A stretch of 64,000 nt of DNA from Octopus vulgaris (taxonomy: Eukaryota), in the NCBI GenBank assembly GCA_951406725.2, contig OX597839.1, positions 248,001-312,000 on the forward strand. The letters run 5' to 3'. The notes under the pieces are model-generated. The model searched no databases. It was not told the DNA's origin and saw only the letters and a list, made by a program, of their open reading frames with translations. Of this stretch, positions 1 to 11,629 are shown piece after piece (position 1 is the first letter of the stretch; each line of letters starts with the position of its first letter). The translations under genes and the position numbers were made by a program.

Positions 1-45
1 TTACTTTTATATATGCTTTTTTTTGTTCTCTTTAATTGAAAGCAG

Positions 46-194
46 AAGAGAGGTACCCATCATTACCTCCAGGCTGGAAACCCAGAGGATCACCGATTCC
101 ATTTGCTGAAGGAACATTACAAAACAACAGAAAGAATAAATCCGGAAAAAACATCACAGGAGACAACTTCCAATGAAGGAGCATCTTCCTCTCG
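46..194 (+). CDS. Receptor gene 1: internal exon encoding Ser/Thr-rich membrane-proximal stalk (KRGTHHYLQAGNPEDHRFHLLKEHYKTTERINPEKTSQETTSNEGASSSR)
   Basis: Pyrimidine tract followed by tandem AG acceptors (41-42 / 44-45, both phase 0); one frame is open to the donor CG|gtaagt at 194/195 (phase 2), which matches the phase-2 acceptor of the TM exon. The exact acceptor (43 or 46) is uncertain. Confidence 0.7.
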
Positions 195-419
195 GTAAGT
201 GGCAGATTGATTTGATACTCAAGCACATACATGGGTCCATGCACATGCACACACATACACATTTTATACATATAGATAGATATTGAACCTCATTCACATT
301 TTGAATTTAGCGGTACTAACACTGAATATTATCTTTCTGATACCGTTAGGTGGAGTGATATATTCAATTATTCCAGTACCTTCGAATTTAATATTTCAAT
401 ATTTAATTATTGATGGGGT

Positions 420-502
420 CCTATGCTGAAGAGGAAAACGGTTGGTAAAGTATAATTCTATATTCTTCATTCCAACCTAATTCCGAAACGTGCATCCATA
501 GG
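420..502 (+). ncRNA. Decayed type I hammerhead ribozyme in a Penelope-type repeat
   Basis: CCTATG-CTGAAGA-GGAA...(GGTTGG..CCAACC)...TTCC-GAAA-CGTGCATC-CATAGG; stem I CCTATG/CATAGG; stem III region looks like CpG-decayed GAAACGCGCGTC. Confidence 0.55.
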
Positions 503-742
503 TGACCAGATATTGATTGATTTTCATTACTTCTTCCTCTCTGCCTGTGTGGATTGTTTTCAAGTATTTTGGTTTTTCTGTGAGTCCCTTTTTAAAGTAG
601 AAGAAATAGCTAATGTTTTTTGGCTGCTATTTCTAATCTTTGCTGAACCCTAATTATTTAGTATCACTATAGATAGATAGATAGAAATAGATATATATAG
701 AGAGATAGATACATATATATATATATTCTATACATATCTATG

Positions 743-794
<52 letters not shown>

Positions 795-917
795 GTGTGT
801 ATATATATATATACAGAGAGAGAGAGAGAGAGAGAGACAGGTAGATATATAAATACAGTTGCAAATATATATAATGGCAACACTATATATATACATATAT
901 ATATGTATTTATATATA

Positions 918-1429
918 TCTATATATATAAAACTGTAGTTGTGTGAGTGTCTGTCCCCTTCGATTTAGATTCCTAACTACTCCCACATTTTGTGATGCAG
1001 TTTAACCAAATTCGGGTATCTTATAGTCGTGATTCATATCGAGCCCGTCTGAGTATTAGCGCGCGTCTACGACGAGTCTACGATTTTAAAAATAATTTAA
1101 CATCATTTTTTATTCCATTTTAATGCATAATTTTTCGTGTGTCGATGGCGGCGGAGTTGGCGTCCAGGTCACACCTGCACCTGTTTGCTTCTCCCACTTC
1201 TTCCCTCCCTCGTGAAGCTGTGGGGAAGGGAGTGTAAGGAAATCAACGTCGTAAAGCGTTGTCAAGGAGACCAGCGTTATTTTAGAACAACGACTTCATG
1301 GCTTGAAGACACCAAAACAGAAATGGCTAAGAAAGCCCGAATTGGCATCTATAAGGGAAGTAACTCTCTAAAACTGCTTATATAGTTATTTCCCTTACAA
1401 ACACGAGCAACGCCGGGCGATACTGCTAG
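918..1429 (+). mobile_element. Non-autonomous Helitron, copy 1
   Basis: 5' TC(TATATATATAAAA), 3' GC-rich hairpin CGAGCAACGCCGGGC then CTAG|T, no TSD; homologous to 1432-1821 and 54032-54425. Confidence 0.7.
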
Positions 1430-1431
1430 TA

Positions 1432-1821
1432 TCTTTATATATAAAAGTAAGGTTGTGTGTCTGTCCCCTTCGATTTAGATTCCTAACAACTCTGACATTT
1501 TGCGTTGCAGTTTAACCAAAAGCAGGTATCTTATAGTCGTGATTCATATCGAGCCCTTCTGGGTATTAGCGCGCGTCTACGATGAGTCTACGATTTTAAA
1601 AATAATTTACCATCATTTTTTCCATTTTAATGCATATTTTTTTAAATATAAGGGAAGTAACTCTCTAAAAATGTCTACGATGAGTCAACGATGTAAAAAA
1701 ATTTACCATCATATTTTTTCCATTTTCAATGCATTTTTTTGCTATTTTTTGGCTATAACTCTAAAAATGCTTTATAGTTTTTTCCCTTACAAACCCGAGC
1801 AACGCCGGGCAATACTGCTAG
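1432..1821 (+). mobile_element. Non-autonomous Helitron, copy 2 (tandem)
   Basis: TC start, CCCGAGCAACGCCGGGC hairpin and CTAG end; same family as 918-1429. Confidence 0.7.
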
Positions 1822-2135
1822 TATATATATATGTAGAAGGTTGTTTGTTAGTTATTATATATATATATATATATATATATACAAGAATAAAATGAAGTAA
1901 GCAACATTCAGACAAGTGTCCCTTTGAACTGTGAAGTCACAACAAACAAGAATGTCTCACACACACATGCACACTCAAAAATGCACACCATCCACAAATA
2001 AAAATCGTGCAATATGGGCAATTTGTTTTCATTATCGGTTCAGTATTAAATTTAATACACATAGTGGATATAATTTTAATATGCAATATAAATAAATAAA
2101 TAATTTTAGTATGTATAACTAATTAATATAATTTT

Positions 2136-2172
<37 letters not shown>

Positions 2173-2214
2173 TGTATATGGGATTTTATTTGAGTTTATA
2201 TATCTCCTTCACAG

Positions 2215-2276
2215 AGAGCACATCTTCATATCAGTCATTGGTGTACTTATTATAATTATCGCCATAATGATTGCTC
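2215..2276 (+). CDS. Receptor gene 1: transmembrane exon (EHIFISVIGVLIIIIAIMIA)
   Basis: Acceptor tatctccttcacag, donor CTC|gtaagt; 62 nt, phase 2 to phase 1; encodes a ~19-residue hydrophobic helix in frame with both flanking exons. Confidence 0.85.
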
Positions 2277-3151
2277 GTAAGTATAACATTTCTATCTGTT
2301 GTCCATATTGTACTCTTGCGGTGGCAGGCAGTGATAGGCTAGGAGTGGTTGTTGCTGTGGTTGTTGCAGTGGTAGCCGGTTGTGCTGTGGTATGGGTGGT
2401 AGTTGTCGATGAGGTCACGGCACTGGTGTTTGTTGTGATGCTTGTTGCGGTGGTGGTTGATATTGTGGTCGCGGTCGTTGTGATGGTTATCCTAATTGTT
2501 GGGTGGCATCAGAATATATGATGCTGGTTGTTTGTTGTGGAGGTGGTAGTGATGGTGGTGGTCGTTGCTGTTGTGGTTGTCTTGATTGTGGTCATTGTGT
2601 TGGCAAATAGTGAGTGTGGTGGTGGTAATCAACTTGTTGTTGTGGTAGTTGTTGGTATGGCAGTGGTTGTGGTGGTAGTAGCTGTGGGTTTTGTAACACT
2701 TGTTGTTGTTGTTGTTGTAACAGTTGATATTGATGTTGTTGTTAATGTTACCATTGTCTTATTCAACTCTCTCTCTCTCTTCTATTTTTCCCACACAAAA
2801 CAGACATTGTAAGAAAAAAACGTAAGTATAACCTGCAATATTTTCCTGCATCAAAACTGTTCACAACCAACAAAAACTTGCCACACCCTACACACATATA
2901 CAGCCATGTGTAAAAAGCTTTACTGGTCACTGTACACCCTTTAGGTAGGGTACCCCATGATTTATATACGCAACATAAAGAAAATAGCACAACAAAAACA
3001 ACAAAACTTTGTACATATTACAAAGGTCTCGTCTTCTGTCACATAGGAGGGCTATGTGTATAATATCAAATAAGTATTTATGTGTGTGCATTTGTGCATG
3101 TATGTAGGTTTGTATGTATGTTTTTGTATATATGTTTATGTATGCATATGC

Positions 3152-3176
<25 letters not shown>

Positions 3177-3182
<6 letters not shown>

Positions 3183-4043
3183 GATACTCAAAAGTAACTG
3201 GAAACATTCTCTGAGGGACAACGCCATTGTAGTTCAAGCTTCCACCACTAAAAGCCACTTGATACAACCCTCAGGAATCAGTCTGACAACAGGCATCACC
3301 GTGTGAAGTTGAACAGCCACATGGTGTGTCTTTGCTTTGCAATCGCTGAAACAAAGCAATAGCGTGCTTCCATGAAATTCTGTTTTCTACTGAGGAAAAC
3401 AGTGACCGAAACAGTTGACTGGCTTCAAACCGCTTACAAGGATACTGCTATGAGCAAAACATGAATTTATGAATGCTTTTCACATTTTATGAATAGTCAC
3501 TTGTTCAGGACAACCGTCGACCTCCTGAACAAATGAAAACATCATGAAAATTCATGAACCGATCTTGGAGGACCGCTGTTGAATAATTGACAAGCTCGTC
3601 GATTTGATTGGTGTGTCCTGGAGCTCCTACCAACAAATTTTGAATGAAGAACTGCATATGAAAAGATTTGCAGCCAAATTTGTGCCTCACTTGCTGATGG
3701 AAGATCAAAAGCAGTGACATCTGAATGCATGTCACGAACTGAAAGAACAGCTAGAAGTTGATCTGAACCTTTTTTTTTTTTTTGAAGGTCATCAACTGGT
3801 GATGAAAGCTGGTGATACGGAATTTGCAGGAGAGGAAGAGGTGAGGGGGAAAAAATGACGGAAGTGATAAAAAGCATCATTTTGCAAAGAGTTGCAGCAT
3901 TGCTTCCAACAGAGAAGAATGCATCTGCATCGATGCATTGCTTCAAATGGAGAATACTTTGAAAGCGATAAAAGTGAAAACATGTAAAACTAAGTGAATA
4001 AAATAATATTCCAAAATTCCAGTTTCTTTTGGATACCCCCTCA
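3177..4043 (+). mobile_element. Internally deleted mariner (Tc1/mariner) transposon
   Basis: Imperfect TIRs TGAGAGGATACTCAAAAGTAACTGGAA / TTCCAGTTTCTTTTGGATACCCCCTCA flanked by TA; decayed transposase motifs (KFCFLL, AKFVPHLL, ITGDESW, CIASNGEYFE). Absent from the duplicated block at ~28700. Confidence 0.85.
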
Positions 4044-4528
4044 TATATGTGTGTGTATGTATATATATATACAAACACACACACACATATTTATATATCA
4101 TCCAATGTTCTGTAATTGGTGAGATCAGCAAAATAAAGACTCTGTTCAGATTAAATTCAAGCTATAACGACTTTCCTGTTGTTTACAGCACAATAATCTG
4201 ACAAGCTTGTATAGCATGTCGTGGGTTTCCAAGCTATCATCCAGGTTTTTAACAGCGTGAAACTAATTACAGATTGAATATAAATCCTGTGTATAGTGGT
4301 TTCAAATTTTGGCACAAGGCCAGCAACTTTAGGAGAGGGATAAGTCAATCATATTGACCCCCAGCATTCAACTGGTACTTTTTTTATCAACCCCAGAAGG
4401 ATGAAATGTAAAGTTGACCTCAGTGAAATTTGAACTCAGAACGTAAAAACAGACAAAATGCTGCTGAGCATTTTGCCCAGCATGCTAACAATTCTGCCAA
4501 CTGACCACTTTAAAAATCCTACATGCAC

Positions 4529-4573
<45 letters not shown>

Positions 4574-4579
4574 CATAGA

Positions 4580-4614
<35 letters not shown>

Positions 4615-4714
4615 GTATATAAGTATATGTCTATGTATATGTATGTGTATCCTGTGTTTGTGGAGAGATGTCCTTGCACTGTATACACTTGAACAAATGA
4701 GATATTTATACATA

Positions 4715-4755
<41 letters not shown>

Positions 4756-4940
4756 GTGTGTGTATATGTATGTTTATATGTATGTATGTACTCGTCACTA
4801 AGTGTTATGGCTGTTTATACACCTTACCACTAAACTTTAAAAGTGTGTTGGAGCTGGAAGGGTTTGTTGTGGGAGGGTGTGTAGATGTCTGCTGTACATG
4901 GTAAATGCCAAATTCCATGTTTCTTTTCTTTCTTCTGCAG

Positions 4941-4958
4941 TTCAAAGCCGCTGGAAAC
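4941..4958 (+). CDS. Receptor gene 1: 18-nt juxtamembrane micro-exon (L)QSRWK(P)
   Basis: Strong acceptor ttcttttctttcttctgcag, donor AAC|gtaagt; phase 1-1; paralogous copy at 31687-31704 keeps both splice sites. Confidence 0.8.
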
Positions 4959-5129
4959 GTAAGTAATAACTTCTTCACATATTAAGACAAACTAAAGAGG
5001 GAGTCAACAAATGGTTAGTTAACCTGCTAGAAATAGCAAGTCAGGTGCCCATCAAAGTGTACTTTTCTGACTTGAAAATATGAAGGACACTCTAGGTAGT
5101 GTATACACCATGTCAGAGTAAAAGACATG

Positions 5130-5360
5130 ACACATTAAATGATGTAGTCCTGGATACACTATGCCACAATAAAATTCAGGAAACATTTGATGATGTAGTC
5201 TTAGATACACTATGTCAGAATAAAAGAACAGGCTACATTAGATGATGTTGTCTTAGATACTCTATGCCAGAAAAAACAACTGGATACATTAGATAATGTT
5301 GTCCAAGATACACTATGCCTGAATAAAAGACAAAGCACCTTCGATAATGTAACCCCAGGC
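5130..5360 (+). repeat. ~50-bp minisatellite (GATGATGTAGTCCTAGATACACTATG...), about 5 units
   Basis: Units at ~5140, 5190, 5241, 5291, 5343; the paralogous array at ~31880-32240 has about 8 units. Confidence 0.75.
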
Positions 5361-6034
5361 CAAAACTGAACCAGTTGGCCTATTATTAGTTACGCACCAT
5401 CGTACAACATTGGCAATTCTACAAGTCATCTTTGTCTTGAAGAAATGTATTATATAATTACCTGTAAATTAATTTTATTAAATTTTAATGGGAATTTTAT
5501 AATGAAATGTTGTCACAAATTTCAGAAGGCATTTAAGTATTTCAATCATTAATTATAATTGATTTTAATATGTTTTATAATGAGCACAATTTTTTCTTAA
5601 ATAAAGTTTGCTATATTTAATGAATAGATAACTATTTGTCGTAGAATCTCTGTTTCTAACTATCAAAATGTAGAATTCTTATGTATGGTTTTTATTCTTT
5701 TGTTATCCACTGGCATGCTTGAGAAAACCTGTTAAGTAATACCAATATCGTAGCCGGGGTCAGTGCCCCCTGACTGGCTCCTGTGCTGATGGCACATAAA
5801 AAGCACTATCCAAATGTGCTCATTGACAGTCTTGCCTTACTGGCTCCTGTGCAGGTGGCATGTAAAAAAGTACCCACTACACTCTCAGTGTGGTTGGCTT
5901 TAGGAAGGGCATCCAACTGTAGCATATTTTGATTGCCTCGATAACTGAAGAGATGCTGGTGCAGGTTTCCACCCTGACATCCAAAGCTCAGAGTTTTATT
6001 ATGGCAACCGAATAATTGTCACATTATATTACAG

Positions 6035-6073
<39 letters not shown>

Positions 6074-6601
6074 AACCTTTACATAAATAAATAACGTGAA
6101 ATATACGACGGGACGAACAAAAAGACAAACGGGTCATTCAAAGCCTTCGTTCTTCAGTCAGAAACCGATTCCTCATCGCAGATTTCGGCTGTTTAAATAT
6201 ATATATATATATATATATAGCCAGACAGATAGATAGACAGATGGACGGATGAATACACATTCACACGCACACACACACACATATAAATTGCAACTCTATT
6301 TCCAGCATTGTTGACATTTAACTGGTGTCTGAAATATGGCCACCACAGATTCGCAATGATGGGCACCTCTTGCAATAGGGGTTCGGAGAGCTTACCACAC
6401 GCACACACACATCACTTTTAGCAATCATACTTGAAGGAGATAAAACTATAGACAATAGATGTAGAATCCTTGCGTGGAAAAAAGTCACAGGTCACTACCA
6501 CCATTATCATCTACAATCACCACTGCTAATACCATCCCCAGCACCACCATCAGACTATTACCCTTTCTGTGTCTGACTAAGATTTTATTTCTCCTTTACA
6601 G

Positions 6602-6639
6602 CTCAGCGTGGGCGTTATGCTCAGCCAAATAACCAATGA
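6602..6639 (+). CDS. Receptor gene 1: short terminal exon (P)QRGRYAQPNNQ*
   Basis: Acceptor ttttatttctcctttacag, phase 1; paralogue of 17965 and 42770, with a 7-nt insertion that gives an earlier TGA (6637-6639). Confidence 0.65.
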
Positions 6640-6694
6640 ACATGACAAGGAACAGGGAATACATGTAACAACAGCACTAACCGCATGACCAGTA

Positions 6695-6734
<40 letters not shown>

Positions 6735-6736
<2 letters not shown>

Positions 6737-7800
6737 AAATAAGAAAATGGAGAAATACATCTAAATCAAATATCGATTACCAGATAATACCCAATCACAT
6801 GCTTTATTAAACCACCACATAAGAGACTGTACGGACAAACATAATAAAGTAGAACTATAAATTAGCTCTTTGGTGTAGTGGTCCTTAATAGGGATGGGTA
6901 CATCCTTCATTGATGAATTGATTAGTATCTTCTCCATTTTACCAGCAGTAATGATCTTTCAGGAATAAATGTACTATACTTGGGTGTATTCACATACACT
7001 ATCAATACTTAGAGTAATGAGTGGATGCTTCCAAGACACAAGTATGAGCAATTCAGATTCCTCAGAAAGTTAACTATAGTTACAAATTGAGATAGGGGTT
7101 GTAAATGCCACCCTCCATGGGATACCATATATCCAATCTACCGCTAGTTAAGTACCCAACAAAGTTAATATATAAATGTTAATAATTGCAATGCAATTAA
7201 TTCATTTACTGTATTATATGGGCAAAGGTAGAAAGTTTTACCACAAATTCATAATACAAAATAAGAAAATGGAGAAATACATCTAAATCAAATATCGATT
7301 ACCAGATAATACCCAATCACATACTTTATTAAACCACCACATAAGAGACTGTACGGACAAACATAATAAAGTAGAACTTACTAATATTACTAACAAAATT
7401 ATTATAATTATTACTAATAGTTTTATCTTTATTTTTGATGAAAAATTTAATATTACTATTATAACCAGCCTCTCTAAGGGCCTCATTGTAATAAGGAGCA
7501 TGTTTATTAAAAATCTCTAAATCATAAGAAAGTAATGATATACATTTACTTATATTATTAATCAACGATTTTTTAATTGATGGTGGGTGATTACTATTAA
7601 CATTTATATATCTAAGGTTCTCATTAAGTTTATGATATGGTTGTGTTTTACCGGTAATTAGATTAAAATTAACATCTAAATAATTAACATTAAAATTCTC
7701 ATTATATATAGTAATACTTAAACCATATCTTTTAAAGAAACTATAAAGTTTTTTTCTTATATAATTCTTATATAATTATATTTATATAAAGTTAATCCAA
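6735..7800 (-). mobile_element. Penelope-like retroelement remnant with tandem pseudo-LTR
   Basis: Minus-strand RT C-terminus LDVNFNL..PYHKLNENLRYINVNSNHPPSIKKSLINNISKCISLLS..YNEALREAGY (~7440-7780); direct repeat 6735-6857 / 7257-7378; inserted next to (TA)n. Confidence 0.75.
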
Positions 7801-10800
7801 ACAAGTTTACTATTTTTTTTTCTTCCACATCCAGAATAATAATTTTTTTCAACTTTGAAAAAAAAATTACACAGCATTATTATGTATATATCTTTCATTT
7901 CTATGTCTTTTCCTTTCGTTACACTTTCCTTGGCAGAAACTGGATCAGTTACATGCAAACATTCATTATCTTTTAAAGTGTTTGCATTAGAACGATTCCT
8001 CAATGAAGCATTTTCACTAGAAGGACCTTTTCCTGTAACAGATGGCTCAGATTCTCTAATTTCAGAATTTTCTACAACATGGTCTTCACTAGTCACTTCC
8101 ATCGACATTTCATCTGGACTTGTTTACTATCCTCAATCACAAAACGGCTTGCATTTTCTTTGTCCATTTTAGCTTTCCTAGCAATTGGTTTGTTTTCAAT
8201 TTCAACAGATAAGATCTGCTTATGTTTGAAATCTTCTGGCATGACTCACTTTAAATGCATCATTAATTCTTTTTCGTTTTTCTTGTCTTCCAAACCATAA
8301 TTTTTTTTTTTACACACAGAATTATTAAATCAATGCACAGACTTATTATTATTTTTTGTTCCACACAGAACCATTTTTTTTCAAAATGCCACAGGTAGTA
8401 ACAAGTCTATATTATTACTGGTAGTGCTACTACATATAGTGACTCCGAAAGGATGAAAGGCAAAGTCAACCTCAGTAGAATTTGAACTCAGAATGTAAAG
8501 ACAGACGAAATAACACTAAGCAATTCGCCCAGCAAGCTAACGTTTCTGCCAGCTCAGTGCCTTGAAATAATCAGGCACCTTCTGAACAACTGAAGCTGCC
8601 AGTATTGTTACAGAATATTCAGTTTTTTTATTGCCCATGACCTTCGAGCTTTAGGTCTCACCGAGGAAATGACTAGAGACCAAGACCTTTGAAAGTATGC
8701 TGTGTGTGAGAAGACCCGGCAGGACAAGTGAGACCATAACCCACGGCCTCTACCTGGGATGTAGCCAGTCCACTTATGCATAACTTTCCTTCTTGGGACA
8801 CAAAACTCTACTTGTGAAGACCTGTTAAGGCAAGTGAAAATCAAAATCAAAATCAAAATTGATCAACATCAATGGAAATTGTAGCTGTGATACCAGTGCC
8901 AGTGGTACGTAAGGGAACCATCCAAACGTGGCCGTTGCCAGCGCCGCCCTGACTGGCCTCCATTCCGGTGGCACGTAAAAAGCACCATCCGATCGTGGCT
9001 ATTTGCCAGCCTCGTCTGGCACCTAAAAAGCACCCACTCCACTCATGGGCATCCAGTCGTAGAAACACTGCCAGATGAGACTGGACCTGGTGCAACCTTC
9101 TGGCTTCCCAGACCCCAGTTGAACTGTCCAACCCATGCTAGCATGGAAAGTGGACACTAAACGATGATGATGAGGATGATGAAGGAGCTACAGATAGAGG
9201 GGACAAACAAGGAGACACAAAGGGATTAAGTCGATTACATCAACCCCAGTGTGTAATTGGTAATTATTCAATCCACCCCAAAAGGATGAAACGCAAAGTT
9301 GACCTCGGCGGAATTTGAACTCAGAATGTAGAGACAGTTGAAATACCACTAAGTATTTCGCCCAGCATGCTAACTTTTCTGCTTTAAGTATGATATATAT
9401 ATTTTTTTATTCTAGACACAAGGTCTGAAATTTTTTTGATGGGGAGGAGACCAGTCGATTAGATTGACACCAGTATGCAACTGGTACTTAATTTATCAAC
9501 CCTGAAAGAATGAAAGGCAAAGTCAACCTCGGTGGAATTTGAACTCAGAATGTAGAGACAGTTGAAATACCACTAAGTATTTCGCCCAGCATGCTAACGT
9601 TTCTGCCATTTCATTGCCTTAAGTATGATATACTATTACACATTTTGCCCAGCATGCTAACGATTCACCTTGCCCTAAATAATCAGTTATTGTTTATTGA
9701 TTACAAAAAACACAATATCTCATCTGTTTTTGTAATCAAATGATAATTGATGTTAATCAATTATCAATTTTATCTCCATCTTCTTATTTTCCCTTATAGA
9801 TAAACTTCAGTTTATTCTTTTCTTTACCAATCATTTATGAGCATTGACACTAATACTCATAATCACATATTGGTAAGATACCAGTAATTCATTGGGCATA
9901 AATATCCCTTAGACAGACCCTTAGTATTAATAAAAAGTTAAACACTTATGCCATGCAAATTAGTTGCTCCAGTTTTCTGTAGCTACTGTAATTGTTGACT
10001 ATATAAGCAGGTTAGCAGTTTGTTTCTCTGGGATTGCTAAAATTGATGTAGACACCTCTGAGGAGAGTTCAATAAGGTCTGAAAATCAGTCAAAGTTGTT
10101 CATATTTTTTTCCACCTGCAGAGAAATAACTAAATTTGCTCTGTTTATATAGCTACTCTATAACTTACATATATTCTTTAACCCCTTCAGTCATGAATAA
10201 AAAAGCAAAACTGTTTTTTATTTCTTTATTTATACCAAAATACAGGTAAATCACACATATTGAGTCAATTTTTAAAGGATTCCATATTTAATATGCTTAA
10301 TTTTTGGCATGGACAAATAAAAATTTTGCTAATACTAGTTTAAAAAAATACCAATTTACTTATATCTGTGAGATTTATGAGAAAACTCAGCCATCTTCTA
10401 TGGGTTGTGAGTAAACACAGAGTCAGAATCACATGGTCTTGGACACTCCTCAGAGGTGTCTCCATAAATTTGACCAATCCCAGAGAAACATCCTGCCAAT
10501 CTGTCTATATAGTCAGCATCTTAGAGGTGTCCAAGAAATTGGTAACTATGACTCAATTATATTTTATATAATTAGTAATTATAATTTTCAAATTCAATAC
10601 AGCTAGTGACATCATCGTGAGCCTGTGAGGCCCAGTGTTTGTTGCTCATTCAGTTGGATGCTAGTTCTCTTGCACCCCACCCCGTTAAATGGCCAAGAAC
10701 TAGGCTAGAGAATGTTTTTTTAAGTAAGTTAATTTCAGGAGTTTGAAGTTCTAAGAAATTCTGGGCTTTATGCGCTAGCATAATTTGCTTTTCCTGAAGC

Positions 10801-11629
10801 TAAATAGACCTACCATAGCCTAAGCTATATTCACATATTATTTGAAATATCTTCTAACAATGTCTGTGCGAGTGTGCGGATATGATTGATCATTGACCCT
10901 TTTCTTGACCTGCTTGAAGTGCATGCATCGACTCTAGATCCTGTTTCACAACATATATTTTATTTCAATGCTAAATCAATCATTTTCTTTCACACGGTTT
11001 TAATACATTAGTAAGGCGGGACTGCAGTGACTATTAATATTGTGTAGTGATGGAACCCTCAGTGAAAAAGAAGAGATTGTGCTCATATAACAAAGACTGG
11101 GAAAATGGTTGGCAGCAACTAATAATCCACAAGAGGCAAAGTGCATTATTTGTAATGGTACCTTTAAAATTGGTCATATGGGTGTTGTAGCTATCAAACA
11201 ACTTTATTTCACGTTGCTCCAGTTCACTCAGCTATAGAAATGAGTTGCGATGTCACTGGTGCCAAGCTGTATCGGCCCCTTTAGCTTTCTCTTGGATAAC
11301 ATCAGTGGCATGGAGAGAGGAGACCGGTATGCATGGATGATTGCTGGTTTTCCATAAACCACCTTGCTCAGACTTGTGCCTGGGAGGGTAACTTTCTAGG
11401 TGCAATCCCATGGTCAGTGTCATGACCGAAGGGGGTCCCGACCCGATATATTATTTTCTTTTTAATTTATTTTATTTATAGTTCTAACTGTGAATTTATT
11501 TATTAATCTATGTATTTATTTTTATAAATAAAAAAACATTTTTAGATTGTAAAAATTTCATATTTTATGTATATATGTATTTTTTTTTAATGTGTACATA
11601 TGTGTGTTTATATATATATATTTTTTTGT

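Larger units (their letters stand above)
2550..5550 (+). repeat. Segmental duplication block homologous to ~28145-32445 (post-TM intron plus micro-exon)
   Basis: Shared unique sequence, e.g. 2760-3080 vs 28335-28635 and 4117-5550 vs 30695-32445; visibly diverged, with different TE insertions in each copy. Confidence 0.85.
5920..11200 (+). repeat. Segmental duplication block (terminal exon plus 3' flank) homologous, with deletions, to ~16310-24740 and ~42430-49440
   Basis: Matching unique stretches 6215-6700, 7805-8440, 9180-10570 and 10570-11200; the same spurious ORFs (MSMEVTSED.., MKKKLHSII..) recur at 7.8, 19.6 and 44.5 kb. Confidence 0.85.

Noticed and set aside
43-194. Alternative frame AEERYPSLPPGWKPRGSPIPFAEGTLQ.. 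rescued by adding one A in the 146-151 run
   Set aside because: Unnecessary: the stop-free frame ends in phase 2 and joins the phase-2 TM exon at 2215 without invoking an error. The alternative frame hits TGA.
2267-2812. Val-rich hydrophobic ORFs (and Thr-rich antisense ORFs, also 28083-28340 and 23061-23357)
   Set aside because: Degenerate (GTT/GGT)n or (CAA)n simple repeats without splice or start context.
6130-6195. Minus-strand hammerhead (CTGAAGA..)
   Set aside because: GAAA core and stems are too degenerate to call.
7782-8300. ORFs MSMEVTSED.. / MKKKLHSII.. recurring three times
   Set aside because: Recurrence is explained by the segmental duplications; stops and frameshifts differ between copies and no domain is recognisable. 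Possibly an old transposon or gene fragment.
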